Below are positions 40,163 through 52,319 of a DNA stretch of 64,000 bases, in pieces (position 1 is the first letter of the stretch; each line of letters starts with the position of its first letter). A model generated the notes under the pieces. It was not told where the DNA came from. It saw nothing but the letters and a program-made list of their open reading frames with translations, and ran no database searches. A program made the translations under genes and the position numbers. Source of the DNA: an uncultured Verrucomicrobiae bacterium (lineage in GTDB: Bacteria > Chlamydiota > Chlamydiia > Chlamydiales > Rhabdochlamydiaceae). The stretch lies in the NCBI GenBank assembly GCA_963731265.1, contig CAVSUE010000001.1, forward strand, positions 224,001 to 288,000, given 5' to 3'.

Positions 40163-40951
40163 ATGTCTAAAATATTGATATTGTCAATTTTTCTCATAAT
40201 TAGTGCTCTCGCTTTAAATGCAGATCTCCCTTGGGATAATGCCTACCAACAGTTTTTGTTGAAAAAGGTGGGAGAAAAACTTCCTGAGATAAGCAACTAC
40301 CCTATTTTCCAATACCCCAATAAAAATCATGATAAAGCTATGGCTTTTGAAAATGGAAAAATACTTCTTTTTGGTTATGGAAGCCTCATGAGCCCAGATC
40401 TCGCTCGTAATAAAAAATGTATTAAACAAGAAAACCTGATTACATTGCGTCCGGCGATTTCTTTCGGAATGAAGCGGCTATTTAATATAAGAGCTACCGT
40501 TTTAAAGACACTTACTTCAAAAACCCTAGAACCAAAAGAAAGATGTTTTCTCAACCTCATTCCTACTACAGATTATCATTGCGTCACCAATGGGATCGTT
40601 GTAGAAGTCGATCAGGAAGATTTAACCCGATTAGTCGCTCGAGAAGTTGGTTACGACCTTGTGCCAGTATTTGTAGCTTCTTGGGAAGATGCAATCAAGC
40701 AAAGCGATGCGATAAAAATCGAGATTGCCTATACGTTCAGTGCATCCGTCGAACTGCGCGATCATGTCTCTTACACATCCAACGAGTTGTATCCCATTCG
40801 TTGGTATGCCTCTATAGTCGATGAAGCAGCAAAGTTTTATGGCCCTCTTTTTTGGAACACATACCAAAAAACCACTTGGCTGGCGGACGGCACCACTCTA
40901 ATCACCGATTGGCACGGCACTTTTGATGCTCCTCTCAATATTAAGGAATGA
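40163..40951 (+). CDS. exported gamma-glutamylcyclotransferase-fold-like protein
   Basis: Signal peptide; LFGYGSLM motif; NG.V..V...DL..L..REVGYD pattern. Confidence 0.7.
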   Translation: MSKILILSIFLIISALALNADLPWDNAYQQFLLKKVGEKLPEISNYPIFQYPNKNHDKAMAFENGKILLFGYGSLMSPDLARNKKCIKQENLITLRPAISFGMKRLFNIRATVLKTLTSKTLEPKERCFLNLIPTTDYHCVTNGIVVEVDQEDLTRLVAREVGYDLVPVFVASWEDAIKQSDAIKIEIAYTFSASVELRDHVSYTSNELYPIRWYASIVDEAAKFYGPLFWNTYQKTTWLADGTTLITDWHGTFDAPLNIKE

Positions 40952-40973
40952 GCTGGCATAGGCCCTGCAAAAT

Positions 40974-42008
40974 CTAAATAGTTCGAAAGAGCTTCAGGCA
41001 GAAATTTCCTTGTGAGAGGGGAATAGTGTATTCGCTGTTCATTTTCATCGCCAATGAACCGCCTCCAACAGCGCAGGTCCATTTTTCGTGGAGCGCCCAG
41101 TTTGCTTGATAGGTATATCGAATCGACCGTTGGAGAGGATGGGCCGCTGTTGAACCATTGGCTTTTTTCTCAATGACATTGAGCACAGGAGAAGACCAAG
41201 TGAACGATTCCCTACAGTCTAAGTTGAGGCGTGGAGATGGATCAATTTCATTGTCTGAATAATCGAAAATAAATTCCTGTGATCCGATGTCATATTCTAG
41301 ACAGAGTTTCTTTCGGTCGATTGTGAATCGGATCTCCCTCAGAAGCCCCAGTTCAAGTTTTTGCAAATTCATGCGATTTAATTCGGGAGGTAAGGGAAAA
41401 GTAGAATTATTCAGGATGATCGGAGAATATTGGCATCTTGATGGGTCCTGCTCAGTCAATTCTAAAGCAGGAGAGATTGCCATGGCTTTGTATAGCTCTA
41501 AATTGATCGGATTGAAGTGATAAAACTCTATGGGTTTCCAATGAAAAAAGGCGCTTATGAAATTAGCGACTTTCACGAGAGCTGTCGTCAATAAACTTCT
41601 CTCATTTGCCTTTTCGAATTCTTTGTTTAAACTGTTCAAATTGTTTTCAAGCGTAGTAGCACCGGCTTGGCCGGTAGCGTGGATTTCTCGTTTGAGCAAG
41701 TGTAAATCGGGACTTAATGGATTTTGAACCTGCACTTCGAGTTCTTTTAAGCGTCGATGGGCGGCAATCAGGTTTTGATCTTGTGAGAAAGGAAACCCCC
41801 GTTTTAGACGCTCAAAAAAGGAATAAGTCACAAAGTCAACTTTTCCTTGATTGTCGACATGGGCTTGAATATTTTTTTCATTCCAAAATTCAAAAAATGA
41901 AATCGTCGAATACTTTAAGCCTCCATCGGGTAATTTTTCGATATCCAATCCTTTAAGAAACAGCCTCTGATGATAGAATTCTTTTGCAAAGACAGCACTT
42001 GTAGCCAT
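40974..42008 (-). CDS. hypothetical protein
   Basis: 344-aa ORF directly downstream of mfd; no recognised domain. Confidence 0.75.
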   Translation of the reverse strand: MATSAVFAKEFYHQRLFLKGLDIEKLPDGGLKYSTISFFEFWNEKNIQAHVDNQGKVDFVTYSFFERLKRGFPFSQDQNLIAAHRRLKELEVQVQNPLSPDLHLLKREIHATGQAGATTLENNLNSLNKEFEKANERSLLTTALVKVANFISAFFHWKPIEFYHFNPINLELYKAMAISPALELTEQDPSRCQYSPIILNNSTFPLPPELNRMNLQKLELGLLREIRFTIDRKKLCLEYDIGSQEFIFDYSDNEIDPSPRLNLDCRESFTWSSPVLNVIEKKANGSTAAHPLQRSIRYTYQANWALHEKWTCAVGGGSLAMKMNSEYTIPLSQGNFCLKLFRTI

Positions 42009-42022
42009 GGAGATACTCTATA

Positions 42023-45000
42023 TTATTTTTTTGTTTTGAGCCCGAAACCTTCGATGAGAGCGGCAATCACTTGCTTTTCTAATTCATCGGGCTTCTTTGT
42101 TTTTGGCAGGGGCAGGGTTTTTTTCACGAGGGTTTTGCCACTTTGCCGCTCTGCGGTAAAGGTGACGTTCTCGAATTTCAGCAGGGTAAAGTGGTGCGAA
42201 GAGGCGAATAGGCGCAGGCGAGTGAGGTGGTAAAGCCACAACACTTGAGGGGGATAGGGGCCGAAACGGTCTTTGAGCTCGGCGAGGATGGCGTCCACCT
42301 CATCTGTAGAAATGGATTCGCCGAGGCGATGATAGATCTCCATGCGCAGCGATGTCTCATTGATGTAGGCTTCGGGAAGGCTTGCGTCGAAGGAAAATTC
42401 CATCTTGGCTTCGGTAAAGGAAGGGGCGCTTTTGTTCTTGAGGGCGTCGATCGCTTTTTTGAGCAATTTGCAGTAAAGATGAAAGCCGATGGAGGAGATC
42501 TGGCCGGACTGCTGCGTGCCGAGGATGTCGCCGGCGCCGCGGATCTCGAGATCTCGCATGGCGATTTTCATGCCTGCTCCAAATCCGGAGGATTCGGTGA
42601 GGGCATGGAGGCGTCTTCGTGTGAGTTCGGGGAGCTCGCGGGCTTTGGGGACGAGAAAATAAGCGTAAGCGGGGCGGTTCCACCGTCCGACGCGGCCGCG
42701 CATTTGATAAAGGTCTGCGAGGCCGAATGTGTCAGCGCGGTCGATGAGGATCGTGTTGGCATTGGGAATGTCGATCCCGTTTTCGATAATTGTTGTAGCG
42801 ACGAGGACATCTGCTTGCCCACTTTTAAAGGCATGGAAGACGGAATCGAGCTCGTCGGCTGACATTTGGCCGTGGCCTGTGACAACGCGTGCTTCAGGAA
42901 GCAAGCTTTGGATTTCTTCTGTGATGCGGAAAATCGTCTCGACGCGATTATGGATGAAAAAGGCTTGCCCGTCGCGTGAAAGCTCTCGTAGGAGGGCATT
43001 TTTGATCAATTGCGCATCCCGTTCGGCAATCATCGACTTGATCGGCAGACGGTCCTGAGGGGGAGTATTGATGACGGAAATTTCCTTAGCTCCGATGAGT
43101 GACAAATAAAGTGTGCGGGGAATCGGCGTTGCGGAGAGCGTGAGGCAGTCGACGCCTGTCTTGATCCGTTTCAAATGCTCTTTCGCGCGAACGCCAAAAC
43201 GCTGTTCTTCGTCGATGATGAGCAAACCCAGATCTTTAAAGACCACGTCTTTGCTGATCAGACGATGGGTCCCTATCAAGATGTCGACTTGGCCATTCGC
43301 CGTTTTCTTCAATGTGTCGGTGATTTCGCGGCTGGAGCGGAAGCGGGAGACGACGCCGACCTGGATAGGAAAATTGGCCATGCGGGCGGAGAATGTTTCA
43401 TGATGTTGCATAGCCAGCACGGTGGTCGGGACGAGGACGGCAACTTGTTTCTTTCCGTCGACGACGGCTTTGAAAGCCGCGCGCATGGCGACCTCGGTTT
43501 TCCCGTAGCCGACATCGCCGCAAATCAATCTGTCCATCGCTTTCGTCGATTGCATGTCTTCTTTGATCGTGGCAATCGCATTGAGCTGATCGTCCGTTTC
43601 GACAAAGGGAAAATCGGATTCGAATTCCTGGACCTCCGACGAATCCGGTTGAAATTGAAAGCCGCCGTGCACAGCGCGTTCCGCATACATGCGGATCAAT
43701 TGGTCTGCATAGCCGATGATCGCTTGCTGGGCGGCGACGCGTGTCTTTTGCCAGCGGTTTGAGCCGAGTTGGCTTAGCGTCGGGATTTCTTCTTTAGCGC
43801 CGATATAGCGGCTCACGAGGTGCGATTGGGAAACAGGAACGTAGAGCTTGCTGTTGTCCGCATATTCGAGAAGCATGTACTCGGTCGGCGTGCCCACATG
43901 GTTCGGCCGTTTATCAATTCCTAAGTATTTGGCGATGCCGTTGTGAAAATGCACGACGACGTCGCCTGCCACCAGTTCATGGAAATCGGATGCCGGAGTG
44001 TGGTAGGTGTTGCGCCATTTTTGACGGCGAGGTTTTAGCCGATGATTGAGTTCCGTCATCGGGACAATAGCGATTTGAGCGTCTTCCAAAACAAATCCGC
44101 TCGATAGATAGCCGATGTGATACTCTGTATTCATTGGGAGAGAAATTTGATCGGACTGTACCCTGGACACAAAGGCGTTTTTTTCCGATTCTGTGGAGCA
44201 GATGAAATGCACTTCGAGCTCGGTTTTGCTAAAACGATTTAACGCATGAAGAACCTCTTCTTGCGTTGAAGCAGCTTTATTTTCAGAAAGAGAAAAAAAG
44301 TCGGCAACGGGAATGAACGGATGCAAGCACCGCTTACTTTTGATCTCGCGGTCTAAAATTTGAAAAGTCAATGGCTGTAAAGGATCTTTGCCGCTGTAAA
44401 AAGCCCGTCCGACTTTTTTTTCCATGTGAACTTCCGATAATTCTTCCATCCGTTCTGCCGTCCAAAAAAGGCGGTGTAACGATTCGGTCTGCGTGAAGAA
44501 ATCTTCAAACGATACAAAAAAGGAACTATTCCCCCCGAGTAAATTTTTCAAGGCCACCCAATGGTCCTCAATCGCCAGTAGATCGTTGAAAATGATCACG
44601 GTCTCTTTGCCGAGATAATCTAGGAGAGTGCAAAGCGTCTTGTCTTTTTGGAGCAACGCCGTTTCGGAGGCGGGGGGGAGAAGGAATTCATTGGCCTTAG
44701 CAATGGATTTTTGCGAGACAGAATCGAAGGTGCGGATCTGCTCGATGTCGTCGCCGAAAAATTCAACGCGGTAAGGATCCAGAGAAGAAGGGGGAAATAT
44801 GTCGAGAATGCCGCCCCGCAACGCGTATTCCCCTTTGTCGGATACAACGGGTCCGCGCCGATAGCCTAAACTGGAAAGAAGCGCGGGGAGCGAAGCAAAT
44901 GCAAGAGCAGTTCCTTTTTTCCAAATCGCCGTTTGAGGTTTAAGGCTTTTGGGCGTTGGAAGTTTTTGCAAAACGGCTTGCAGAGGCGCCAAGACGACAT

Positions 45001-45346
45001 GGGGTGAAGAAGCGGTCATTAAAGCATGTAGGACTTGCAACCGCTTGCCGACGAGATCGGGGCTGGGAGCGATTTCTTCACCGGGCAAAGTTTCCCAAGA
45101 TGGGAAATCAACTAATGCGGGGAGGGGAAAAAAGCTCAAATCTTCATATAAGCGGTCGTCCGTGCTGCCGCCGATGACGAGAATATTTTTGCCGGTTGCC
45201 TTGGCGATCAGCCAAATGAGCGCTGCTTTAGGCCCTTCCCAAAGCTCTTCGATTAATAACGAGGGTTCTTGCCGAACAATTTCTAAAAATTGCGCGAGGT
45301 TGGCACTTTTTAAAAGCGTCTGGTTCAAATCTTCGTGGCGAGCCAT
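42023..45346 (-). CDS. mfd: transcription-repair coupling factor
   Basis: RGGILDIF, CarD-like [44 protein letters not shown]. Confidence 0.98.
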   Translation of the reverse strand: MARHEDLNQTLLKSANLAQFLEIVRQEPSLLIEELWEGPKAALIWLIAKATGKNILVIGGSTDDRLYEDLSFFPLPALVDFPSWETLPGEEIAPSPDLVGKRLQVLHALMTASSPHVVLAPLQAVLQKLPTPKSLKPQTAIWKKGTALAFASLPALLSSLGYRRGPVVSDKGEYALRGGILDIFPPSSLDPYRVEFFGDDIEQIRTFDSVSQKSIAKANEFLLPPASETALLQKDKTLCTLLDYLGKETVIIFNDLLAIEDHWVALKNLLGGNSSFFVSFEDFFTQTESLHRLFWTAERMEELSEVHMEKKVGRAFYSGKDPLQPLTFQILDREIKSKRCLHPFIPVADFFSLSENKAASTQEEVLHALNRFSKTELEVHFICSTESEKNAFVSRVQSDQISLPMNTEYHIGYLSSGFVLEDAQIAIVPMTELNHRLKPRRQKWRNTYHTPASDFHELVAGDVVVHFHNGIAKYLGIDKRPNHVGTPTEYMLLEYADNSKLYVPVSQSHLVSRYIGAKEEIPTLSQLGSNRWQKTRVAAQQAIIGYADQLIRMYAERAVHGGFQFQPDSSEVQEFESDFPFVETDDQLNAIATIKEDMQSTKAMDRLICGDVGYGKTEVAMRAAFKAVVDGKKQVAVLVPTTVLAMQHHETFSARMANFPIQVGVVSRFRSSREITDTLKKTANGQVDILIGTHRLISKDVVFKDLGLLIIDEEQRFGVRAKEHLKRIKTGVDCLTLSATPIPRTLYLSLIGAKEISVINTPPQDRLPIKSMIAERDAQLIKNALLRELSRDGQAFFIHNRVETIFRITEEIQSLLPEARVVTGHGQMSADELDSVFHAFKSGQADVLVATTIIENGIDIPNANTILIDRADTFGLADLYQMRGRVGRWNRPAYAYFLVPKARELPELTRRRLHALTESSGFGAGMKIAMRDLEIRGAGDILGTQQSGQISSIGFHLYCKLLKKAIDALKNKSAPSFTEAKMEFSFDASLPEAYINETSLRMEIYHRLGESISTDEVDAILAELKDRFGPYPPQVLWLYHLTRLRLFASSHHFTLLKFENVTFTAERQSGKTLVKKTLPLPKTKKPDELEKQVIAALIEGFGLKTKK

Positions 45347-47958
45347 TGTCGTGCTTTATCCAACGCTTCTGATAGTTTTTCAGGGTTTTTTCCGCCCGCC
45401 TGGGCCGATTCCGGCTTTCCGCCGCCGCTTCCTCCAATCGTTGGAGCAATCTCTTTGATCAGCTGTACGGCCTGAAGCCCTTTTTGGATAAGGTCTTGAG
45501 ACACGCGAGCGAGAAGTTGGCAGCGGCTGTCGCCCTTCATCCCGAGGAGGACAACTCCTGAGCGCAGGCCGACGATCAAATCTTCCGCAAGTTCCGGCAG
45601 AAGCTCTGATTCAACGGAGACAATTTCTGCGATGCACGAGACAGAGCCTATTTTTTCCGCTTTAGAGAGCAAATCTTTTGCGAGTTGCTTTGTAGAAGCT
45701 TTCTTAAATTGTTTGAGCTCGTGCGAAAGAAGTTTATTCTCTTCGAGAAGAGATGTCGTGCGTTCGAACAATCTAGCGGGCGATACTTTCAATAGCTCGG
45801 CGGCTTTTTCTGCATTGTCTTCATTTTCGTAAGTGAATTTTTCCGCTTCTTTGCCTGTCACGGCCTCTATGCGGCGAACGCCTGCGGAAATGCTGCCTTC
45901 TTTGACGATCCTGATCAAGCCGATTGTGCAGACATTGTTTGTATGCGTGCCGCCGCAGAGCTCTTTGGAAAATTCGATATCGATCACCCGGACTTTAGAG
46001 CCGTATTTCTCTCCGAAAAACTGTTTGATCTCAGGATGGCGCTGAGCCTCTTCGTAGGAGAGTTCATACGCTTTTACGGGAACCCCTTCGCGGATTTTTT
46101 CGTTAACGAGGATTTCAATCTGTCTGATTTCTTCTTTCGAGAGCGCTTTGTGGTGATTGAAATCGAAGCGGAGACGTCCGGTCTCCACGAGAGAGCCTGC
46201 TTGGCGGATGTGAGGTCCGAGAACTTTTTGCAAGGCCCAATGCAAAAGGTGAGTGGCAGTATGGTTGTTGCAAATTTCTTGGCGCCGTTTTGCGTCGACT
46301 TCGGCGTTAATCGGCTCGCCGAGGATCAAAACGCCCTGTTCCATCCGGCCGATGTGGACAATTACTCCAGTGTAAGGCATGTGGCAATCATTGACTTTGA
46401 ACCGCCCTTTTTGGTGTGTCAACACTCCTGTGTCTCCGATTTGTCCCCCTTTCTCTGCATAAAACGACGTGCGGTCGAGAATCACCATGCCCTCTTGCCC
46501 TTCATGGATAGATTCGACAAATTTCCCATCGACGACGAGCGCCATAATGGTTCCTTCAGCGCTTGTCTTCTGATAGCCTAAAAATTCGGAGGCGCCGTGT
46601 TTCTCCACATAGTTTTTAAATAAACTTTCCTCGACTTCCTGCACATGGACGGTTTGAGCGCTGCGCGATCTTTCTTTTGCTTGTTCTTCGAGAAGTTCAT
46701 AAGCGTCGAGGTTGACTTGCAGTCCTGTATCCTTCGCAATGAGCACAATCTCTTCAATCGGAAACCCATAAGTATCCTTAAGCTTGAAAGCATCGGCGCC
46801 CGTGATCTGCTTTTGCGGGTTTTTGTGAGCCTGGTCGATGATACTATTCAAAATATTTCCGCCGCGCTTGAGCGTGCGGATAAATGCTTCTTCTTCGAGG
46901 GTGATCACCTCGGCAATACGAGCTTGGGAAGCGACGAGCTCCGGGTAATCGGGCCCCATCGTTTCAATGAGCCTCGGCAATACCTTTGCCAAAAAGGGCT
47001 CTTGCATGCCGAGCATGCGGCCATAACGGACAGCTCTCCGCAACAATTTTCGTAAAATATACCCCCGTTCCACATTGCTCGGCTGAGCGCCGTCGGCCAT
47101 CGCAAAAGATAGGGATCGAATGTGATCGGCAATCACATGAAAAGCAGGGGCCAGTTGTTGATCCGCAGGATTGTATTTTTTTCCGCTCATGTTTTCGATT
47201 TGCGCAATGAGACCGCGGAGAACATCTGTCCCAAAAAGAGTATCGACATCCATCTTGAGTGCGGCGACACGCTCTAACCCGGCGCCCGTATCAATCGACT
47301 GCTTAGGGAGCACCGCCATTTTTCCGACCGCGTCGCGGTTAAACTGCATGAAGACGAGGTTCCAAAATTCAAGAAAACGGGTGCCTTCGAGATCATCTTT
47401 AGGGGAGGTGGCATCCCCATATTTCAGACCGCGGTCGTAATAGAGCTCGGAACAAGGGCCGCAGGGGCCGGTATCGCCCATCGCCCAAAAGTTATCTTTT
47501 TCATCCATACGGACGATCTTTTTTTCAGGGACGATCTGTTTCCACAGTTCAAACGCCTCGTCATCTTCCCGAAATACTGTGATCCAAATTTTTTCTGCAT
47601 CAAAACCGAAGATCTTCGTCGATACTTCCCAAGCAAAGGCAATCGCTTCCTTTTTAAAATAATTTCCGAATGAGAAATTACCGAGCATTTCAAAAAAAGT
47701 GAGATGGCGCGCCGTATGGCCGACATTGTCCAGGTCGTTATGTTTGCCGCCGACGCGGATGCATTTTTGCGATGTCGCCGCGCGCGCGTAGTCCCGGTTG
47801 CTTCTGCCCAGAAAAACATCTTTGAACTGGTTCATTCCCGCGTTCGTGAATAGCAAAGTGGGGTCATCATGCGGCACGACGGAAGAGGAGGCGACGACAG
47901 TGTGGCCATGTTCTTTAAAATATTTGAGAAAGTTGCGGCGGATCTCTTGTGAAATCAT
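45325..47958 (-). CDS. alaS: alanine--tRNA ligase
   Basis: [57 protein letters not shown]; start set at MISQEIR. Confidence 0.98.
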   Translation of the reverse strand: MISQEIRRNFLKYFKEHGHTVVASSSVVPHDDPTLLFTNAGMNQFKDVFLGRSNRDYARAATSQKCIRVGGKHNDLDNVGHTARHLTFFEMLGNFSFGNYFKKEAIAFAWEVSTKIFGFDAEKIWITVFREDDEAFELWKQIVPEKKIVRMDEKDNFWAMGDTGPCGPCSELYYDRGLKYGDATSPKDDLEGTRFLEFWNLVFMQFNRDAVGKMAVLPKQSIDTGAGLERVAALKMDVDTLFGTDVLRGLIAQIENMSGKKYNPADQQLAPAFHVIADHIRSLSFAMADGAQPSNVERGYILRKLLRRAVRYGRMLGMQEPFLAKVLPRLIETMGPDYPELVASQARIAEVITLEEEAFIRTLKRGGNILNSIIDQAHKNPQKQITGADAFKLKDTYGFPIEEIVLIAKDTGLQVNLDAYELLEEQAKERSRSAQTVHVQEVEESLFKNYVEKHGASEFLGYQKTSAEGTIMALVVDGKFVESIHEGQEGMVILDRTSFYAEKGGQIGDTGVLTHQKGRFKVNDCHMPYTGVIVHIGRMEQGVLILGEPINAEVDAKRRQEICNNHTATHLLHWALQKVLGPHIRQAGSLVETGRLRFDFNHHKALSKEEIRQIEILVNEKIREGVPVKAYELSYEEAQRHPEIKQFFGEKYGSKVRVIDIEFSKELCGGTHTNNVCTIGLIRIVKEGSISAGVRRIEAVTGKEAEKFTYENEDNAEKAAELLKVSPARLFERTTSLLEENKLLSHELKQFKKASTKQLAKDLLSKAEKIGSVSCIAEIVSVESELLPELAEDLIVGLRSGVVLLGMKGDSRCQLLARVSQDLIQKGLQAVQLIKEIAPTIGGSGGGKPESAQAGGKNPEKLSEALDKARQWLATKI

Positions 47959-48102
47959 ATCAATTCCTGAAAATCGAGAATGAGAATAGGAGGATACCAT
48001 AAGGAGAGAGCGATTGTCAAAAGATCAGGATTAAAAAAATATTTTTAACACGTTCCCTCGGAAATTTTGTTGAGAAAGGATATTTTAATCTGTTTAATTT
48101 AA

Positions 48103-48141
48103 AACCGAAACACCCTTTGCTAGGAAAAGGGTGTTTCGGTT
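48103..48141. promoter_or_regulatory. 16-bp perfect inverted repeat in leader of EamA gene
   Basis: AACCGAAACACCCTTT-GCTAGGA-AAAGGGTGTTTCGGTT, 14 nt before ATG 48156. Confidence 0.55.
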
Positions 48142-48155
48142 ACATCTCATAAACT

Positions 48156-49052
48156 ATGGAAAAAAGATTAGGAAATAAAGGTCTCCTTCTTCTGCTTTTA
48201 TGCGCTTTGTCTTGGGGCCCGGCTTATTTATTCATCAAAATCGCAGTCCCTGAAATTCCTCCGCCAACCCTTGTTTTTCTTCGTGCAGGCATCGCATGGT
48301 TGATTCTTTATTCCATTTGTATTTTCCAGAAAAAGGGGGCGTTCAATTGGAAAGAGTATTGGAAGCAGTACGTCATTCTAGGCATTACATTCAACGCCAT
48401 TCCCTTCTACCTCGTCAGCTTTGGTGAGCTCTATATTTCCAGTTCCCTTGCGGGTGTTCTCTATAGTTTCACTTTAATTTTTACTGCGATCCTAGCCCAT
48501 TATTTTGGAAGGCATGACCCCTTAACAAAAAATAAAATCATTGGAATTTGTTTGGGGATGGCCGGTCTTGCGACGATTTACTTGCCGATCGTTTTGCATG
48601 AAAATATAAAAAGTGGAGTTGGAGCATTGATGGTCATCATTGCCTGTTTGAGCACCAGCATTGGGACAGTCTACGCTCGAACACATCTCCAAAAAGTCTC
48701 CGGGATGACTTTGTTAACAGGGCAGCTAGCTGTAGCAACGGCGATTTTTTTTCCATTCGCTTTGTGGATCGATCGGCCTTACAACTTGGCAATTCCCTCC
48801 TTTCCCTCAATCATCGGAATCATCGGACTGTCTGTGATTTGCACAGTTGCTGCTTATCTATTGTATTACAAGACGATCCAGCTTTGCGGACCGACTTATG
48901 CGACTTTTTCTCTACTATTGCTGCCTCTCGTTGCGATGATTTTAGGTTTCTTCATACTCGATGAGCAGCTCACTTGGAATATTTGGGTGGGGACTCCGCT
49001 TATTTTGATGGGGGTTTTAGCTGTGAATCCAATTTTTAACAAAAAATTGTAG
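48156..49052 (+). CDS. EamA/DMT family transporter
   Basis: About ten hydrophobic segments; WGPAYLFIK...PP.LVFLR, ISSSLAGVL, LLPLVAMILG...LDEQL. Confidence 0.92.
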   Translation: MEKRLGNKGLLLLLLCALSWGPAYLFIKIAVPEIPPPTLVFLRAGIAWLILYSICIFQKKGAFNWKEYWKQYVILGITFNAIPFYLVSFGELYISSSLAGVLYSFTLIFTAILAHYFGRHDPLTKNKIIGICLGMAGLATIYLPIVLHENIKSGVGALMVIIACLSTSIGTVYARTHLQKVSGMTLLTGQLAVATAIFFPFALWIDRPYNLAIPSFPSIIGIIGLSVICTVAAYLLYYKTIQLCGPTYATFSLLLLPLVAMILGFFILDEQLTWNIWVGTPLILMGVLAVNPIFNKKL

Positions 49053-49144
49053 CTCATCAGAACCTCATTCCATTGCAAAGCTTCTAAATATTGTCTTTTC
49101 TCTGTATGATTCTCTTTTAAAAAAATGTTGAGGGAGTCAGTCAC

Positions 49145-51133
49145 ATGGACGCAGAGTTAAAGAAGCATTTGAGCAAAATCGCCAACACCATCCGCGAGCT
49201 TTCGATGGAAGCGGTCCAAAAGGCCAATTCGGGGCATCCGGGTTTGCCGATGGGCTGCGCTGAATTCGGAGCCTATCTCTATGGCATTCTGCTTCGCCAT
49301 AATCCCAAGAATCCGAAATGGCTGAACCGCGATCGGTTTGTTCTTTCGGCCGGCCACGGCTCGATGCTCCTGTATTCTCTGCTGCATTTATCGGGGTTTG
49401 GCCTGTCGATGGACGAAATCAAGCGATTCCGGCAGATCCATTCCAAGACGCCTGGCCACCCGGAATACCATGTGACTGCCGGAGTGGAAGCGACGACAGG
49501 TCCATTGGGGCAGGGAGTCGGCAATGCTGTCGGGCAGGCTCTCGGGTTGAAAATGCTGGGCGCCCGCTTTAATGGCGACGAGTTTACCCTCTTCAACAGC
49601 AAAGTGTACTGTTTGGCCGGCGACGGTTGCATGATGGAAGGGGTGTCGTCAGAGGCCTCTTCGCTGGCGGGACATTTGGGACTGGACAATTTGGTGCTCA
49701 TCTACGATGCGAATAAGGTCACCCTGGACGGATTTCTAGCCGAATCGGGCTCTGAGGACACGAAGCTTCGCTATTTGGCATATAATTGGGACGTCTTCGA
49801 GTTAGACGGCTATGATTTCGAACAGATGGACAAAATTTTCATGCATATCCGCGACAATCAGACGAAGCCGACTCTTGTCATTATGCACACCATCATTGGG
49901 AAAGGCTCTCCCAATAAATCAGGAACCCACAAAGTGCATGGAGCGCCCCTTGGCGTCGAAGAGGTCGAGGCAACGAAAAAAGCGCTTGGACTTCCCGAAG
50001 AAGAATTTTATGTGCCGCAATCCGTCTATACTTTTTTTGAGCAGAAGCTCGCCAAAGATACGGTCTTGGAACAAAAGTGGAAGGACATGTATCGCCGTTT
50101 CATGGAAGGCAAGCCCGATTTGGCAAAAACATTCACGGAGATGGTGGAAAAGAAACTTCCCGACAATCTCGAAGAACAGCTCAGAAAAGTCGAAATCAAG
50201 AGTCCGATGGCCACGCGTAGTTCTTCGCAAGCGGTCTTGGATAAACTGGGGGAACTTCTTCCCCAGCTGATAGGGGGATCGGCTGACCTTTCCGAATCAG
50301 ATAAGACATGGATGAAAAAATATCCGCCGATTTCCAAAGGAAATTTTACCGGACGCAACATCAAATTCGGCATCCGCGAGTTCGGCATGGCAACAGCGGC
50401 AGCTGGCCTGGCTGAGACGGACATGATCGTGCCTTTCATTGGGACTTTTTTGACATTTTCCGACTACATGCGCAATGCGGTGCGATTGGCCGCTCTTTCA
50501 AAAATTCAAGTGATTTACCAGTATACGCATGATTCGATCTTTTTAGGCGAGGACGGACCAACCCATCAGCCGATCGAACATCTTGCGGCGTTGCGCGCCA
50601 TGCCCAATCTTCACGTCATTCGTCCTGCAGATAGTTGGGAAGTGAAAATGGCTTGGATTGCCGCCTTGCGCTATCGCGGCCCTACAGCGATTGTGCTCTG
50701 TCGTCAGAACCTTCCGGAAATTCCCACTTGCAACGTTCCCTATGATCAAGGCATGGCTAAAGGAGCCTACATCGTAAAAAAAGAATCCGGAAAGGCGGAT
50801 TTTGCGTTGATGGCAACAGGATCGGAAGTTTCTCTAGCCATGGACGTTGCTGCTGCTTTGGAGAAAATCGGCAAACATGCCCGTGTGATTTCGATGCCCT
50901 GTTGGGAGCTTTTCGAACAGCAAAGCGATGATTACATACGATCGATCGTCGGAGGAGATTTGGGGCGGCGTGTCAGCATTGAGGCTGCGGTCAGCTTCGG
51001 CTGGTCTAAGTGGATCGGTCCTGAAGGGATTGCAATTTGCATGGACACTTTTGGGGAATCAGCGCCGATCAGCGATCTGGCGGCCGAGTACGGATTTACC
51101 GTCGACTCAATTTTGGACAGACTATTAACCTGA
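49145..51133 (+). CDS. tkt: transketolase
   Basis: SGHPGLPMG, RDRFVLSAGHGS, TPGHPE, GDGCMMEG, THDSIFLGEDGPTHQP. Confidence 0.98.
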   Translation: MDAELKKHLSKIANTIRELSMEAVQKANSGHPGLPMGCAEFGAYLYGILLRHNPKNPKWLNRDRFVLSAGHGSMLLYSLLHLSGFGLSMDEIKRFRQIHSKTPGHPEYHVTAGVEATTGPLGQGVGNAVGQALGLKMLGARFNGDEFTLFNSKVYCLAGDGCMMEGVSSEASSLAGHLGLDNLVLIYDANKVTLDGFLAESGSEDTKLRYLAYNWDVFELDGYDFEQMDKIFMHIRDNQTKPTLVIMHTIIGKGSPNKSGTHKVHGAPLGVEEVEATKKALGLPEEEFYVPQSVYTFFEQKLAKDTVLEQKWKDMYRRFMEGKPDLAKTFTEMVEKKLPDNLEEQLRKVEIKSPMATRSSSQAVLDKLGELLPQLIGGSADLSESDKTWMKKYPPISKGNFTGRNIKFGIREFGMATAAAGLAETDMIVPFIGTFLTFSDYMRNAVRLAALSKIQVIYQYTHDSIFLGEDGPTHQPIEHLAALRAMPNLHVIRPADSWEVKMAWIAALRYRGPTAIVLCRQNLPEIPTCNVPYDQGMAKGAYIVKKESGKADFALMATGSEVSLAMDVAAALEKIGKHARVISMPCWELFEQQSDDYIRSIVGGDLGRRVSIEAAVSFGWSKWIGPEGIAICMDTFGESAPISDLAAEYGFTVDSILDRLLT

Positions 51134-51284
51134 GTTTTCATAGTATCTTGCCAGACCTTTTGGGCGCTTTTTGCAAATTTTGCCGCGTCCATAGGTGCCT
51201 CCAGCTATTGAACGCGCCAAAATTTGCAAAAATCACCTCGAAATCTAGGGCCAATCTACTATAAAATGAACCCAAAACTCAGGT
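51128..51284. mobile_element. MITE-like palindromic element (family G, copy 1)
   Basis: ACCTGAGTTTT ... AAAACTCAGGT; inner TTTTTGCAAATTTTG...CAAAATTTGCAAAAA; inverted homologue at 56131-56295. Confidence 0.78.
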
Positions 51285-51290
51285 TCTTAC

Positions 51291-52310
51291 ATGAATCATC
51301 TACTCCTAAAAGCCCTTGGGTGCGAACAAGTCGCGCGTCCGCCCGTTTGGCTCATGCGCCAGGCGGGACGCTACATGCCCCAGTATCGCGCAATTCGAGT
51401 AAAACACTCCCTTTGGGACATGTTCCATCGGCCCGAACTTGCCGCGGCAGTCACAAAACTACCCCTTGAGCTCCTAGGCGTCGATGCCGCGATTTTATTT
51501 TCCGACATCCTCGTCATTGCGGAAGCTGTAGGGTTGTCTGTCCAGTTCCCAGAAAAAGGGGGGCCGCGCATAGAGCCGACGATCAAAACGGCTTCCCAAG
51601 TTGCTTCCCTTGTGTATATCCCCGTCGAACAATCGCTTTCCTATGTTTTTGAAACCATCAAACGGGTTAAGCGGGAGATCGATGTTCCTCTCATTGGTTT
51701 TTGCGGTGGCCCGTTTACGGTGGCGAGTTATTGTCTTGATACGATCAACCACGCGGCATTTGAACAGACAAAACGGTGGATTAAAGAAGACCCTGCCACT
51801 TTACATCAGCTCTTAACAACTCTTACACATGCGACCATTGCGTATCTAAAAGCGCAAATCGACGCAGGGGTGGATGTGATACAAATTTTCGATTCCTGGG
51901 CTAATATTTTGGACGATGATGCGTTTGCTGTTTTTTCGATTGCCTACTTAAAGCAAATCCTCGAGGCCCTGAAGCCAACCGGTATTCCCGTGATCCTCTT
52001 TTGCCGCGACTCCAGCTTGCGTGCGGAAAGTTTGGCCGAGATCAAGCCTGCCGGGATCAGTTTCGATTGGCACCTTCCCATGCACGAGTTGCGCCAAAAA
52101 GTGCCGATGCCGATCGCCGTGCAAGGAAATTTCAATCCTGAATTCCTTAAATTGCCGAAAGAAGAAATTTCCAATGAAGTTGAAAAAGTTATCTCCTCTA
52201 TGCAAGATGAGCGTGGCTTCATCGTCAATCTCGGACACGGAGTGACGCCAGATATTCCTCTTGAAAATGTCCAGCATTTTGTTAAGGTTGTAAAAAACTG
52301 CAATGCATGA
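51291..52310 (+). CDS. hemE: uroporphyrinogen decarboxylase
   Basis: PVWLMRQAGRYMP, DAAILFSDIL, IGFCGGPFT, QIFDSWA, NLGHGV. Confidence 0.97.
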   Translation: MNHLLLKALGCEQVARPPVWLMRQAGRYMPQYRAIRVKHSLWDMFHRPELAAAVTKLPLELLGVDAAILFSDILVIAEAVGLSVQFPEKGGPRIEPTIKTASQVASLVYIPVEQSLSYVFETIKRVKREIDVPLIGFCGGPFTVASYCLDTINHAAFEQTKRWIKEDPATLHQLLTTLTHATIAYLKAQIDAGVDVIQIFDSWANILDDDAFAVFSIAYLKQILEALKPTGIPVILFCRDSSLRAESLAEIKPAGISFDWHLPMHELRQKVPMPIAVQGNFNPEFLKLPKEEISNEVEKVISSMQDERGFIVNLGHGVTPDIPLENVQHFVKVVKNCNA

Positions 52311-52319
52311 GGTTTGAGC

